Below, piece by piece: positions 1 to 11,016 of a DNA stretch of 64,000 bases. The stretch comes from Epithemia pelagica (lineage: Eukaryota; Protista; Bacillariophyta): the NCBI GenBank assembly GCA_946965045.2, contig OX337240.1, positions 992,001 through 1,056,000 of the forward strand, read 5' to 3'. Under the pieces are notes generated by a model. It was not told where the DNA came from. It made no database searches and saw only the letters and a list, made by a program, of their open reading frames with translations. The number at the start of each line of letters is the position of its first letter. The stretch's first letter is position 1. Position numbers and translations under genes: made by a program.

Positions 1-107
1 ATATGGCTATGGTATTGGGCGAAATTTAGCGATAGTTTAGGCCTCTAAGCTTGAGGCATGTGATAGACACAATTTTATTTTCGAGTCACTATCATGCGCG
101 TATTTTG
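1..107 (+). repeat. 5' LTR of element 1 (partial)
   Basis: 106/107 identical to 6150-6256; identity stops after TATTTTG. Confidence 0.9.
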
Positions 108-121
108 GTTTATCAGACCCA
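108..121 (+). promoter_or_regulatory. Putative primer binding site GTTTATCAGACCCA
   Basis: Abuts the LTR end. The identical sequence abuts the 5' LTR of element 2 (15647-15660, minus strand). Confidence 0.7.
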
Positions 122-548
122 AGACTCTGCGATTACGGTAAAGCTATGGCACAATGGCCTGGGAAGGTCGCGAAATATCTGGATCGTAGTAATACCGATC
201 CGCCCAAAGGTCGACCAAAGATGTCGTCTACTAGTCTCGTTGAATATCCGGCCTGCAACGGGGTTTGGACCGGACTAGTTTACAGATGTGGTCTGCGAGT
301 GCGCACATCTGGGGCAATGGCGGACGCGCCGGTCTTGGCCGTTGACAAGACAAAGCCTGCTATGCGGTCATGAATATTCTATAAATAGAACATGAACCGA
401 CGATGCAGCTGTGCATGCTTTCTACCTATGAATCGCCCAAATGAGTAAGTGACCGGTCAATGTGACTGGAAGTTCTAACACACTTCCGAATACGTGAAAG
501 TCCCAATTGCACCTTGCATTGAAAAGCTAATAAGAACAAGAACCAACC

Positions 549-2028
549 ATGGCCGATCCTGCTCCACCGACCGCTCAAGAGCTCCTTCAAGAACTGAATG
601 GATACATGGAAAACACTCTCTTGATTGGACAACAGGCAGTCCCAGATGCCCCTAATTCACAGGGCCTTACATCCGTTGGCGATTTCCGCGGGCTCAAGGA
701 AGAGGACATCGCTGAAATCTGTGCTAACGCAAGAAAGCCAGGTGGAACGATCCCTAACCCTGCCTATGATGCTGCCAATCCAGTTGCTGGTATCCCCGCG
801 ACGATTATGAACCCAGGAGTTTTAGTCGGACATGTCTTGGAGAAACGGTTGAAAATGTTTGGCTATTTCGTTCAGTACTTGACCAAAGTTGGCCGTACGT
901 TTAGCCCAGGAGCAGCAACCTTGGACACGGTACAGAATCTTTACCGTTTGAAAGAAGCAGATGACGAGTACGATAATGACATCGAACTTCCGGAAAAGTT
1001 GTCGAATGTCGAGAATATCCGAGTTGTCCTGGAGGATTTGGACGACTACTTGGAAAGAAAGAGAGGTGTGACTATGATTCCGTTGGCAGCTTATACTCGT
1101 TCGATGCCGACTCCTCAATCTTGACCCAGGACTCGGATCTCCTACATACTTGCGAGAACTCATTCGACGTGCACCACACACTGGTGCCACAGCAGTTGCT
1201 GACAAGGAAGCAGTATGGGACGTCATACGTCACATAACTCATGATGGCCCCGGATGGGGTTGGGTCCAAGCCTTCAGCAGAAGCCGGGATGGAAGAGGAG
1301 CATACATCGCTTTGAAAAGTCATTACTTTGGTGATGCTTTCCAATCTCGATTGCGTGCAAAGGCTGATCAAGTGCTTGAATCGACCTATTATGATGGAAC
1401 AAAAAGGAACTATACCTACGAAAGGTATATTGAGTCACTTCAAAGGGCCTTTACGGACCTTGAGTCTACAGGCGAAGTGGTCAGTAATGAAAGAAAAGTG
1501 AGAGTTTTACTCTTAGGGGTCGCTGATTCCAGGTTGGAGAGTGCTAAGAATACGATATTGGCCACTCCTGCTTTGAGGGCAAACTTCGAGGTGGCTTCGA
1601 ACTATCTTGCTGAAGTCCTTGACAGCAAAGTGTCGTATAGTGCCACCACAAGGAAAGCACGGATCTCGTCCATTCAGTCTAACAAGAATGGCGGCAATGG
1701 AAACAAACGCAATAACGGATACCAGACTCCAACCAAAGGATTTGACCCCAATAAATATTACCCGTTCAGAAAGTGGATTAAATTGTCCAAAGAACAGCAG
1801 CAAATGGTCCGAGAAGCAAGGGACGCTGCCAACAGCAGTACGAAGAAGAGGTCTGCTGCGGCCATTCACATAAACAATAAGAACAAGAGAAAAGGCCATG
1901 ATAGTAGTGGTACTTCCACTACCGACGACAATTCTGAGACGACAGGTGACTCCAACGACCAGAATGAGAAAGAACTAGGCGTTGGAGCGATCATGAGCCA
2001 AAGGAAGAAAGGAAAGAGGGACATCTGA
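549..2028 (+). pseudogene. gag: gag of element 1, one frameshift at about 1100-1122
   Basis: ORFs 549-1124 and 1150-2028 join through a 1-nt shift (YTR.../LDPGLGSPTYLRELIRR). The C-terminal half aligns with the gag remnant of element 2. Confidence 0.8.
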
Positions 2029-2042
2029 TATGATCCCGAGAA

Positions 2043-5000
2043 GTGAATGCAGTTGCGAGCGAGATTGCTGTGAAGACGGCAAATTGTGAGCTGGACAGTC
2101 ATGCTGATACATGCTGTCTTGGTAACACTTGTTTGGTCTTATATGAAACGGACAAGGCCGAAGTGAGTGGATTCTCTTCACAACTTGGCAAGATAAAGGA
2201 GACCCCGGTAATCACGGGTATACTCGCATACGATGATCAAGACTCTGGCGAAACGTACCTTCTGTACTTTCATCAGGCGTTGTATCTTCCAATGATGGAT
2301 AAATGTTTGCTTAACCCAAATCAAATGAGAGAAGCCGGTGTTATTGTGAATGATATACCTCTCAAGTATATCAAACCGGAACAGAGAACAAGTGAATCAC
2401 ATGCTGTGATAGCCCCAGTCAACGGAGATGAAAGCAAAATCAAGATACCATTGGACTTGAAAGGGGTGATTAGTGGATTCACCGTGAGAAAACCAACATG
2501 GGAAGAAGTGGCAAATATAGATCCAGCTTATAGGATCGAAATGACCAATGATAATCCTCAATGGGCGCCTAATGACTCGACTGAAAGTGATGTCGATGAA
2601 AGGAAGCTCAGACAGGACGTTCAACAAGATATGGTCAGAAGGAAAGGATCAAGGTCAATCAATGACCGAATGGCTAAAATGGTTCGGATCAACTCAAGAG
2701 TGGTTGCAGAAACGAGCCATAGGAGAAAGGGGACCGTCGACCCAATCGCGTTGTCATCTCGTTGGGGAATCGGCCTATCTGTGGCAGAAAAGACTTTCCA
2801 ATCGACGACCCAATTAGGAGTGCGAGACTTCTCCCAAGGAGTTGGCAGTAAGAGGTTGAAACATACCGCCTACCAACTGAAGCATCGGCGATTAAGAGCG
2901 GATGTTTATACTGACACCCTCTTTTCTGACACTAAATCGTTGGGCCAAAACACCTGTGGTCAAATTTATGCGAGTGATTTTGGTTGGGTACATTTCTACC
3001 CTTTGGAAAGAAAGAAGGACGCCCATACGACGCTCGAGAAAGTGTTCAGTGACTTTGGGATTTTCAACAGTGTTGTCCCAGATAATGCCCCGGAACTAAC
3101 CAGTGGCAAATTCAAAAAGACAGCGCAGAAGTTTGGTTGTCGCATAAGGCCCATCGAGGCATGGACTCCGAACCAAAATCTCGCTGAAGCTAATATACGT
3201 GAATTGAAGCGTGCATATAGAAGAGAAATGAGAAGGACCAACGCCCCAGCAGTCCTATGGGACCATTGTCTCCAACTGGTTGCTGAGAGGCGCTCGAACA
3301 CAGCTTTCTCCTCTGGTCCCTTCGATGATGGTCCACCGATAAAGACATTAACGGGAGATACTCCGGACATTTCTCACCTGGTTGAGTACACGTGGTACGA
3401 ACCCGTTTGGTACTCCAACCCGGGTTTTGAGAATCGGAAACTCGGCCGATGGTTAGGCCCAAGTAAGACGGTAGGACAAGCGATGAGTTCAAAGATCCTG
3501 ACCTCAAAAGGGAAAGTGGTTCATCGTACATCCGTTTGGCCTCTGTCGGTTGAAAAATCGCACGACCCCTCATTCACTGCACAGAAAGAACAGTTCGACA
3601 GTGAATTGAAGGAAGCCTTGGGCGATCGTATTGAGGGCGTGGCTCCACAAGAGGATGAAGATCCAGATGAATTCGGTCACGACACACCCTTATATGAGGC
3701 TTATGAAGACGAAAAGCAAGGGGACGTACGTGTCCCAGAAGCAGACTCCTATAAACTTGACGCTTACGACAAGCTCATCTCGGCAAAAGTAATGCTCCCT
3801 TCAGGGGACTCGAAGAGAGCAGGCCAAGTAATTAGAAGAAAGCGGGATGCTGATGGGAACCCGATTGGCCAATCATCGACGAATCCTTACCTTGACACTT
3901 CAATGTATGAAGTAGAGTTTCAAGATGGACATGTCGAGTCCTATGCGGCAAATTTAATCGCGGAAAACATCTACGAACAACTGGATGACGACGGTAATCG
4001 CTTTAAGTTGATCGATCAAATCATAGATCACCGCAAAGATTCCACGGCAGTCCCAATTTCCGAGGGAACTTTCTTTCACAATGGTCGAGAGCATAAGAAA
4101 AGGACAACGAGAGGTTGGCAACTTTGCATCCAATGGAAGGACGAAACTACGTCATGGGAGATGTTGAAGGACTTGAAAGAGTCATATCCCCTTGAAGTAG
4201 CGGAATACGCAACAGCCAACCTTCTTGACAAAGAACCTGCTTTTAACTGGTGGGTAGGATTCACGTTGAAAAGGCGCGCCAGATTGATTAAGGCTGCCTC
4301 CACGACAAGGTATATGAGGAAGTGGCAGAAATACGGAATAGAACTGCCGAAGACGGTCGAAAGAGCCCTGGAGATAGACAAAGAAACAGGGACTGACTTC
4401 TGGGCGAAAGCTTTGAAACTTGAAATGTCAAAGATCTTTCCCGCTGTCAAAATATTGGAGGAGGGAGCCCCTCATCCGGCCGGACACCAGATCATACCTT
4501 GCCATATCGTTTTTGACATTAAAATGGATTTCACAAGAAAGGCAAGATATGTTGCTGGTGGTCATCGTACCCAAGAACCAGAAACACCAACATACGCTAG
4601 TGTTGTCAGTCGGGAAAGTGTCCGAATCGGGTTCCTCCTTGCGGCGCTAAATGGAATTGATGTCACAGCCGCTGATATAGCCGGGGCATATCTCAATGCC
4701 CCTTGTCATGAGAAAGTCTGCACCAAGTGTGGGCTAGAATTTGGGAAGGAGAACGAAGGTCGCTGTGCAATTATAACAAAAGCGCTATATGGTCTAAAGA
4801 CAAGCGCGTTTGCATGGCGGGAGCACCTTTCTACGACACTCCAAGAATCTTTGGGATTCCGACCTTGTCGGGCAGACCCTGACGTATACCTCCGAGCCTC
4901 GACGAAGGAAGATGGGACGAAATACTACGAACTTGTCTTCATCTATATTGATGATGTGCTAGTGATTTCGCATCGAGGTAAAGATATCCTGAATATGATT

Positions 5001-6002
5001 GATCAACACTACCTGTTGAAACCGAGCTCTATCGGAGAACCCAAGATATATCTTAGTAACCAAGTCGAAACCTTTGACATCGACGGAGATGTGAGTAAGC
5101 GTTGTTGGGCCCTTAGTTCAAAACGGTACGCTACTGAAGCGAAACGCAACGTCAAGATTTGGTTAGAAGAAAGAGGTCTCAGTTTGAAAACAAGAGCCCC
5201 TAGTGTCTTACCGACTGGATATCGTCCTGAACTGGATACAAGTGCATATTGTAACCAAGACTGGCATTCGTTTTACCAGCAGCAAATCGGTGTCCTAAGA
5301 TGGTTGGTTGAACTGGGCAGGATCGACATTACTGCAGAAGTCTCCATGTTGGCGGCTTTCTTGGCAGGACCCAGAGAGGGTCACGTCCATGCTATGCTGC
5401 ATGTTTTTGCGTATTTGAATTTGCATGATCGCTCAAGACTAGTATTGGACCCCTCTTATATACAACATGGGGAAGAGATTACCTCTGACTGGTCGGGATT
5501 ATACCCGGATGCGAGAGAAGACTTGCCAACAGACGCACCAGAACCTCTTGGGAACCCAGTCCAGATGACAGTGTTTGTTGACTCAGATCATGCTGGAGAT
5601 TTAGGGATATTGATATATCTGAATCGTGCTCCAGTGAGTTGGTACAGTAAGAAACAAACAAGTATTGAGACATCAACGTTTGGTTCAGAGTATATGGCCC
5701 TCAAAGTCGGTATCGAAATGATCAAGGGTCTACGATACAAATTAAGGATGATGGGCGTACCTTTGGACGGTCATGCACATATTCGGGTCGATAATATGTC
5801 TGTTGTTCATAACAGTACAATTCCCGAATCAAGTTTGAAGAAGAAGTCAAACTCAATCGCATATTATTTTGTTCGTGAGAATGTTGCTTCAGGAATGTGT
5901 CGAATTGCTTATGAACCGTCTAAGACTAACCTTGCTGATCTTCTTACTAAGATTCAAACAGGAACAGAGAGAACATGGTTGGCTTCGATGATCTTATTTT
6001 GA
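2043..6002 (+). CDS. pol: pol polyprotein (PR, IN, chromo-like, RT, RNase H), 1319 aa
   Basis: Protease CELDSHADT; integrase YTDT/PDNA/AEANIRELK; RT RKARYVAGGH, DIAGAYL, ALYGLK, YIDD; RNase H FVDSDHA, FGSE, VDN, ADLLTK. A 7-aa in-frame deletion (VTRRSRT) in RNase H is seen relative to element 2. Confidence 0.93.
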   Translation: MNAVASEIAVKTANCELDSHADTCCLGNTCLVLYETDKAEVSGFSSQLGKIKETPVITGILAYDDQDSGETYLLYFHQALYLPMMDKCLLNPNQMREAGVIVNDIPLKYIKPEQRTSESHAVIAPVNGDESKIKIPLDLKGVISGFTVRKPTWEEVANIDPAYRIEMTNDNPQWAPNDSTESDVDERKLRQDVQQDMVRRKGSRSINDRMAKMVRINSRVVAETSHRRKGTVDPIALSSRWGIGLSVAEKTFQSTTQLGVRDFSQGVGSKRLKHTAYQLKHRRLRADVYTDTLFSDTKSLGQNTCGQIYASDFGWVHFYPLERKKDAHTTLEKVFSDFGIFNSVVPDNAPELTSGKFKKTAQKFGCRIRPIEAWTPNQNLAEANIRELKRAYRREMRRTNAPAVLWDHCLQLVAERRSNTAFSSGPFDDGPPIKTLTGDTPDISHLVEYTWYEPVWYSNPGFENRKLGRWLGPSKTVGQAMSSKILTSKGKVVHRTSVWPLSVEKSHDPSFTAQKEQFDSELKEALGDRIEGVAPQEDEDPDEFGHDTPLYEAYEDEKQGDVRVPEADSYKLDAYDKLISAKVMLPSGDSKRAGQVIRRKRDADGNPIGQSSTNPYLDTSMYEVEFQDGHVESYAANLIAENIYEQLDDDGNRFKLIDQIIDHRKDSTAVPISEGTFFHNGREHKKRTTRGWQLCIQWKDETTSWEMLKDLKESYPLEVAEYATANLLDKEPAFNWWVGFTLKRRARLIKAASTTRYMRKWQKYGIELPKTVERALEIDKETGTDFWAKALKLEMSKIFPAVKILEEGAPHPAGHQIIPCHIVFDIKMDFTRKARYVAGGHRTQEPETPTYASVVSRESVRIGFLLAALNGIDVTAADIAGAYLNAPCHEKVCTKCGLEFGKENEGRCAIITKALYGLKTSAFAWREHLSTTLQESLGFRPCRADPDVYLRASTKEDGTKYYELVFIYIDDVLVISHRGKDILNMIDQHYLLKPSSIGEPKIYLSNQVETFDIDGDVSKRCWALSSKRYATEAKRNVKIWLEERGLSLKTRAPSVLPTGYRPELDTSAYCNQDWHSFYQQQIGVLRWLVELGRIDITAEVSMLAAFLAGPREGHVHAMLHVFAYLNLHDRSRLVLDPSYIQHGEEITSDWSGLYPDAREDLPTDAPEPLGNPVQMTVFVDSDHAGDLGILIYLNRAPVSWYSKKQTSIETSTFGSEYMALKVGIEMIKGLRYKLRMMGVPLDGHAHIRVDNMSVVHNSTIPESSLKKKSNSIAYYFVRENVASGMCRIAYEPSKTNLADLLTKIQTGTERTWLASMILF

Positions 6003-6137
6003 GTGCGTTTCCCGCCAACAGATGTTGGGACTGGGTACGTCCTGCACCCTACTTGATATTTGGGACTCTAAGCAGGTCTAGATGGAATGATTGATGGAGA
6101 AAGGCACAGTTACCCCACTAATGAGCGGTAGAACTGT

Positions 6138-6145
6138 GAGGGGAC
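6138..6145 (+). promoter_or_regulatory. Polypurine tract GAGGGGAC
   Basis: Immediately 5' of the 3' LTR. The same GAGGGGAC precedes the 3' LTR of element 2. Confidence 0.7.
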
Positions 6146-6256
6146 CAAAATATGGCTATGGTATTGGGCGAAATGTAGCGATAGTTTAGGCCTCTAAGCT
6201 TGAGGCATGTGATAGACACAATTTTATTTTCGAGTCACTATCATGCGCGTATTTTG
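6146..6256 (+). repeat. 3' LTR of element 1 (111 bp, CAAAATA...TATTTTG)
   Basis: Repeat of 1-107. The start is inferred from the PPT and a perfect 7-bp terminal inverted repeat. Confidence 0.85.
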
Positions 6257-6696
6257 ATGCGACACCATATTCGAAATATTTCTCTCTTTGGTAGATAGTC
6301 GTACAACTTGCCCCCAAAACAGTCCATGACACCCATACAACCTTGGCCCCCGAAACTTTTTTCGCAAAATACCCCATCTTTTTGTTTCGGGGGCACTTTT
6401 GCCGTTTTATCGGTTTTTCCAAATGTCAATACACTTAATTTTTCAATTTAATAATTTTAAATCCGTTACGCATGCAATGTGGCAGGCGGTCCGACCTCCT
6501 CCGCAAAATCCCGGGGGGTCTCTTTGCTCTACAGTAAACCGTCTGCTCTCGCCCGGGAGAAATTTGGACTTTTGGTGGTTCCACCCCGCCCCTTTAATAC
6601 TACTACGAGAAATTCTGTCCACCTAGCGGGGGCGGCTACAAGGGTGTAATTGTTTGTAGCCACCCCCAATCTCTCTGGTTTTCATTTCCAAAATAG

Positions 6697-6800
6697 CGTC
6701 GTGTCATTGTCTCAAAAACATAAAGAATGACTATTAGGCACCTCCACCTTAGAGGAGCTATCTATCGCTAAAATTCGCTCATAAACGCGACCCTTTCTCG
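6697..6800 (-). repeat. 3' LTR of element 2 (104 bp)
   Basis: Matches 15661-15763 and follows the PPT AAGAGGGGAC on the minus strand. Confidence 0.88.
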
Positions 6801-6959
6801 GTCCCCTCTTGTGATTCGGTAGATCACTTTTTTTCGATAGCCCATAGCTACCGTAATCATGCCCATCATATATCCATTCCAACTGGACCTGCTTAAAGAT
6901 CAGTCTTCCTTCTGACTGCAGGGCGTACCCGAACCTGTTTCGTAACAGTGGGAAACGCA

Positions 6960-9900
6960 CTAATATAAAATCATCTCCGCCAACCGCTTTCTTTCTGTAC
7001 CGGTTTGAACCTTGGTCAAGAGATCTGCAAAGTTCGTCCTTGATGGTTCATATGCAATCCGACATATACCATTGGCAACGTTCTCCCTTACAAAATGATA
7101 TGCAATAGCATTCGACTTCTTGCGGAGAGTCGACTCCGGTCTGGTTCCGTTCTGTACGACCGACATATTGTCCACCCTTATGTGGGCATGACCATCCAAT
7201 GGAACGCCCAGCATCCTCAATTTATACCTCAAGCCTTTTACCATTTCAATACCAACTTTCAAGGCCATAAACTCCGAACCAAACGTCGAGGTTTCGACAC
7301 TGGTTTGCTTCTTTGAATACCAAGTTATTGGGGAACGGTTCAAGAAGATCAAGACCCCTGTTCGAGACCGACGTGTGACCAAATCACCAGCATGGTCCGA
7401 GTCAACAAATACTGTCATTTGGACAGGTTTACCATGCGGTTCTGGGGCATCTGGCGGAATCTCCTCTTTTTCACCCGGATATAACCGGACCAATCCGCCA
7501 CTGGCTCCTCCCCATGCACGATGTAAGATGGATAGAGCACCAGTCTTGACCTGTCATATTGGTTTATGTACGTGAAAACGTGGAGGAGAGCGTGTACATG
7601 ACCTTCTCTCGGTCCTGCCAGTTTAGCAGCCAATATGGAGACTTCTGTCGTGATATCAATTCTTCCAAGCTCCACTAACCAACGGAGCACTCCAATCTGT
7701 GGTTGGAAAAAGGATTGCCATTCTTGGTCGCAATAGGATGAAGTGTCCAACTCAGGACGGTAACCGGATGGGAGGACGCCTGCCACGCGAGTTTTGAGGA
7801 TCATATCTCGCTCTTCCAACCATATCTTCACATTTCGAATCGCTTCTGTAGCGTACTTCTTGGAACTCAAGGCCCAACATCGTTTGTGTTGGTTGTATGC
7901 GGCCAACATAAATCCAATTCGGACACTTTCTCGGGAAACAACACTCGCGTACGTCGGTGTTTCGGGTTCTCCTGTCTTATGGCCACCTGCAATATATCTT
8001 GCCTTTCGAAGAAATATTTTCGACATTTCAAGTTGCAGTGCCTTGGCCCAAAAGTCTGTACCGCTTTCCCTATCAATTTCCAATGCCCTTTTGACGTTCT
8101 TGGGCAGTTCAATACCGTATATCGGGTTGACTTGGCCGCCTTGATTAATTGGTTGCGCCTCTTCAAAGCAAAGGTGACCCACCAAGCAAAAGCCGGTTCC
8201 TTGTCTATTAAGTTTGCAACCACGGCATATTTGGCCACTTCCAATGGATTGGATTCCTTTAGGTCTTGCAACTTCTCTCATGGCGTCGATCCGTCTTTCC
8301 ATTCGACACACATAGACCATCCTCTCGTTGTTCTTCTTTTCTTGTGCTCCCTTCCATTCCAATGAAAGGTACCATCCAAGATGGGGATAGCTGTAGCGTC
8401 CTTCTTGTGGTCGACAATGCTGCTCAGAAGGTGATATTTATTGCCTTCTTCATCCAGTTGTTCATAGATGTTTTCGGCTATCAGATTGGCTGCGTAGGAT
8501 TCAACATGCCCGTCCTGAAATTCCACTTCATACATTGTTGTATCGAGGATTGGGTTTGTTGATGGGCGTCCAACAAGGTTCCCTTCCGCGTCTCTTTTCC
8601 TTCGTTTGACTTGCCCTGGACGTAATGTGCCTCCTATCGGTAACATGACTTTTGCTGTAATAAGCTTGTCATAGGAGTCAGTCTTGTACTCGTCGAGGTC
8701 CGGCTTTCGAACATTCTCTTGCTCATTGTCCTCATAAGCGTCATAAAAGGGAGTGTCTGTCCCATCTTCTTCGGCCTCGTCTTCTTCAATTGGCATGCCT
8801 TCGAATCTGGCGCCTAATACTGCCTTCAAATTGGCATTGAATTGTTCTCGCTGAGCCGTGAAGGTTTCATTGTGGGATTTCTCTGCAGATAAAGGCCATA
8901 CCGACGTTCTATAAATGACCTTCCCTCCTTTGTCCGTAAGGATTTTAGAACTCATGGCTTGACCAACACTTCGACTAGGTCCAAGCCATCTACCCAATTT
9001 TCGACCTTTGAACCCAGGGTTTGAATACCAGACAGGGTCATACCACCGATGTTCCACCAAGTGTGATATATCTGGTGTGTCCCCTGTCAACGTAGTGAGT
9101 GGAGGACCGGCATCAAATGGACTTGTCAATAAGACTGTGTGAGATTGTCTCGCTGCAACCAACTCAAGACAATGATCCCAAAGAACAGAGGGTCCTCATC
9201 TCGCGGCGGTACATCCTTTTCAGTTCCCGAATATTGGCCTCTGCCAAATTCTGATTGGGCGTGTACGCCTCGATAGGCTTGATCCGACAACTAAACTTGT
9301 GCGCCGTCCATCTGAAATTCCCACTCGTCAACTCTGGAGCGTTGTAGGGAATGATACTTTTGAAGATCCCATCATCACTGAATACACGTTCAAGTGTTAT
9401 AAGGGCATCTTTCTTCCTTTGCATTGGGTAAAACTCAACCCAACCAAAGTCCGTTGCATATACTTGTCCGCAAGTATTTTGCCCAAGCGACTTGACATCG
9501 GAGAAGAGGGTGTCAGTATAAACATCCGCTCTCAATCTCCGGTGCTTAAGTTGATATGCCGTGTGGCGTTATCTCTTGCTTCCTGTGGAGTCGGAGAAAT
9601 CACAAACTCCCAATTGCGTTGTAGCCGAAGCTGTTTTCTCAGCCAAGGGAATACCTATCCCCCATCGTCTCGCCAAAGTCACAGGATCAACAGTCCCCTG
9701 ACGACGATGCCTCAGGTCGGCTATCGTTCTTGTATTCACACGAACCATACGAGCCATTCTTTGATGCAAGTCTCTTGGTTCTTTCGTACGGACGGTATTT
9801 GACTCTAGATCTACTCGGAGTTTCCTTTCGTCGGCATCAGCCAAGTCATTCGGGTCCCACTAACTTGGATCAGTGTTCTTGATCTCGTCCCAAGTTGGCT

Positions 9901-10357
9901 TCCTTACGGTGAATGAACTTATCACACCAACTAGGTCGAATGGGATAACAAGTTGTTTGCTTTCGTCTGAGAGAGGAGTGGCAATAGAATGGGAGAGGTG
10001 ATTTCTGTCCTCGCTCTTGATGAATTCTAAAGGCACGTCGTTTACGGTTACTCCCGCCTCCCTCATCTGGTTTGGGTTCAGGAAGCACTTGTTCATCATC
10101 GGCAGATGTAAAGCCTGATAAAAATACAGAAGGTACGTCTCAAATGTCGTCGGATCATCATAAGCCACGACTCCTGTGATGATAGGCGTCTCTTTTATAC
10201 TTCCGAGTGAATTCGTAAACCCACTAACTTCCGCCTTGCCTGTTGTATATAAGACCAAACAGACATCACCCAAGCAACAAGTATCGGCGTGACTGTCCAA
10301 TTCGCATGCTGCTGTCATGGCTGTGATTTCACCGCTTGTAATCGTACTGACATTATG
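6960..10357 (-). pseudogene. pol: pol pseudogene of element 2
   Basis: Fragments 9860-10318 (CELDSHAD), 9164-9535 and 8278-9162 (IN), 7415-8362 (RT) and 6960-7493 (RH). Several frameshifts. The RT core including YxDD is deleted (ESVRIGFMLAAYNQH joins KRCWALSS). Confidence 0.92.
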
Positions 10358-11016
10358 TCAGACACGATCATTCCGCTTCTTTCGCTGGCTCATGATTGCT
10401 CCAACTCCGGCCTCTCTCTCTTCTGTGGAGTCATCTCCATTATTCGTGGTGTGTCTGTGGCTGATGAAGAGCCATCGTTGTTCTTTCTCTTCTTCTTGTT
10501 GGAATTCACTCCCGATGCAGACCGTTTCTTGGTACTGCTGTTTTGCTTGTCACGCGTCTCTCGAACCAATTGCTGTTGCTCAGGTGTGAGCTTGATCCAC
10601 TGTCGATAAGGGTAGTATCTATTGGGGTCGAATTTCGTTGGAGTCTCTTGTTTGTTCTTGTTATTTCCCTTGTTATTTCCCTTGTTGTTTTTCTTGTTGT
10701 TCGAATGGATTGCAGAAATCCTGGCCCTTCTTGTTGTTGCACTAAATGAGACCTTGTTCTCTTGTACCTCTGCAAGGTATCCTGAGGCAACTTCGAATGA
10801 GAGTCAAAGCGTTGGGGTTGCGAGGATTTGGTTCTTCGCGCTTTCCAGACGTGAATCATGGATCCCTGTGAGGAGGATCCTAATCTTCCTTTCTTCACTG
10901 ACAAACTCTCCTGTTGATTCAAGGTCCGAGAAGGCACGTTGGAGTGATTCGATGTATTTTTCATAGTTGAAATTCCTCTTCGTGCCATGATCATAATAGT
11001 TTGTTTCCAAAGTCTG
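10358..11016 (-). pseudogene. gag: 3' half of gag of element 2
   Basis: QTLETNYYDHGTKRNFNYEKYIESLQRAF...GVGAIMSQRKK aligns with element 1 gag. Premature stop at 10804-10806 and a frameshift near 10440. Homology stops abruptly at about 11016. Confidence 0.85.

Larger units (their letters stand above)
1..6256 (+). mobile_element. Ty1/copia LTR retrotransposon (CoDi-like), element 1; 5' LTR clipped by the window edge
   Basis: 1-107 matches 6150-6256 with 1 mismatch. PBS, gag, PR-IN-RT-RH in copia order, PPT and 3' LTR are all present. Confidence 0.95.
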
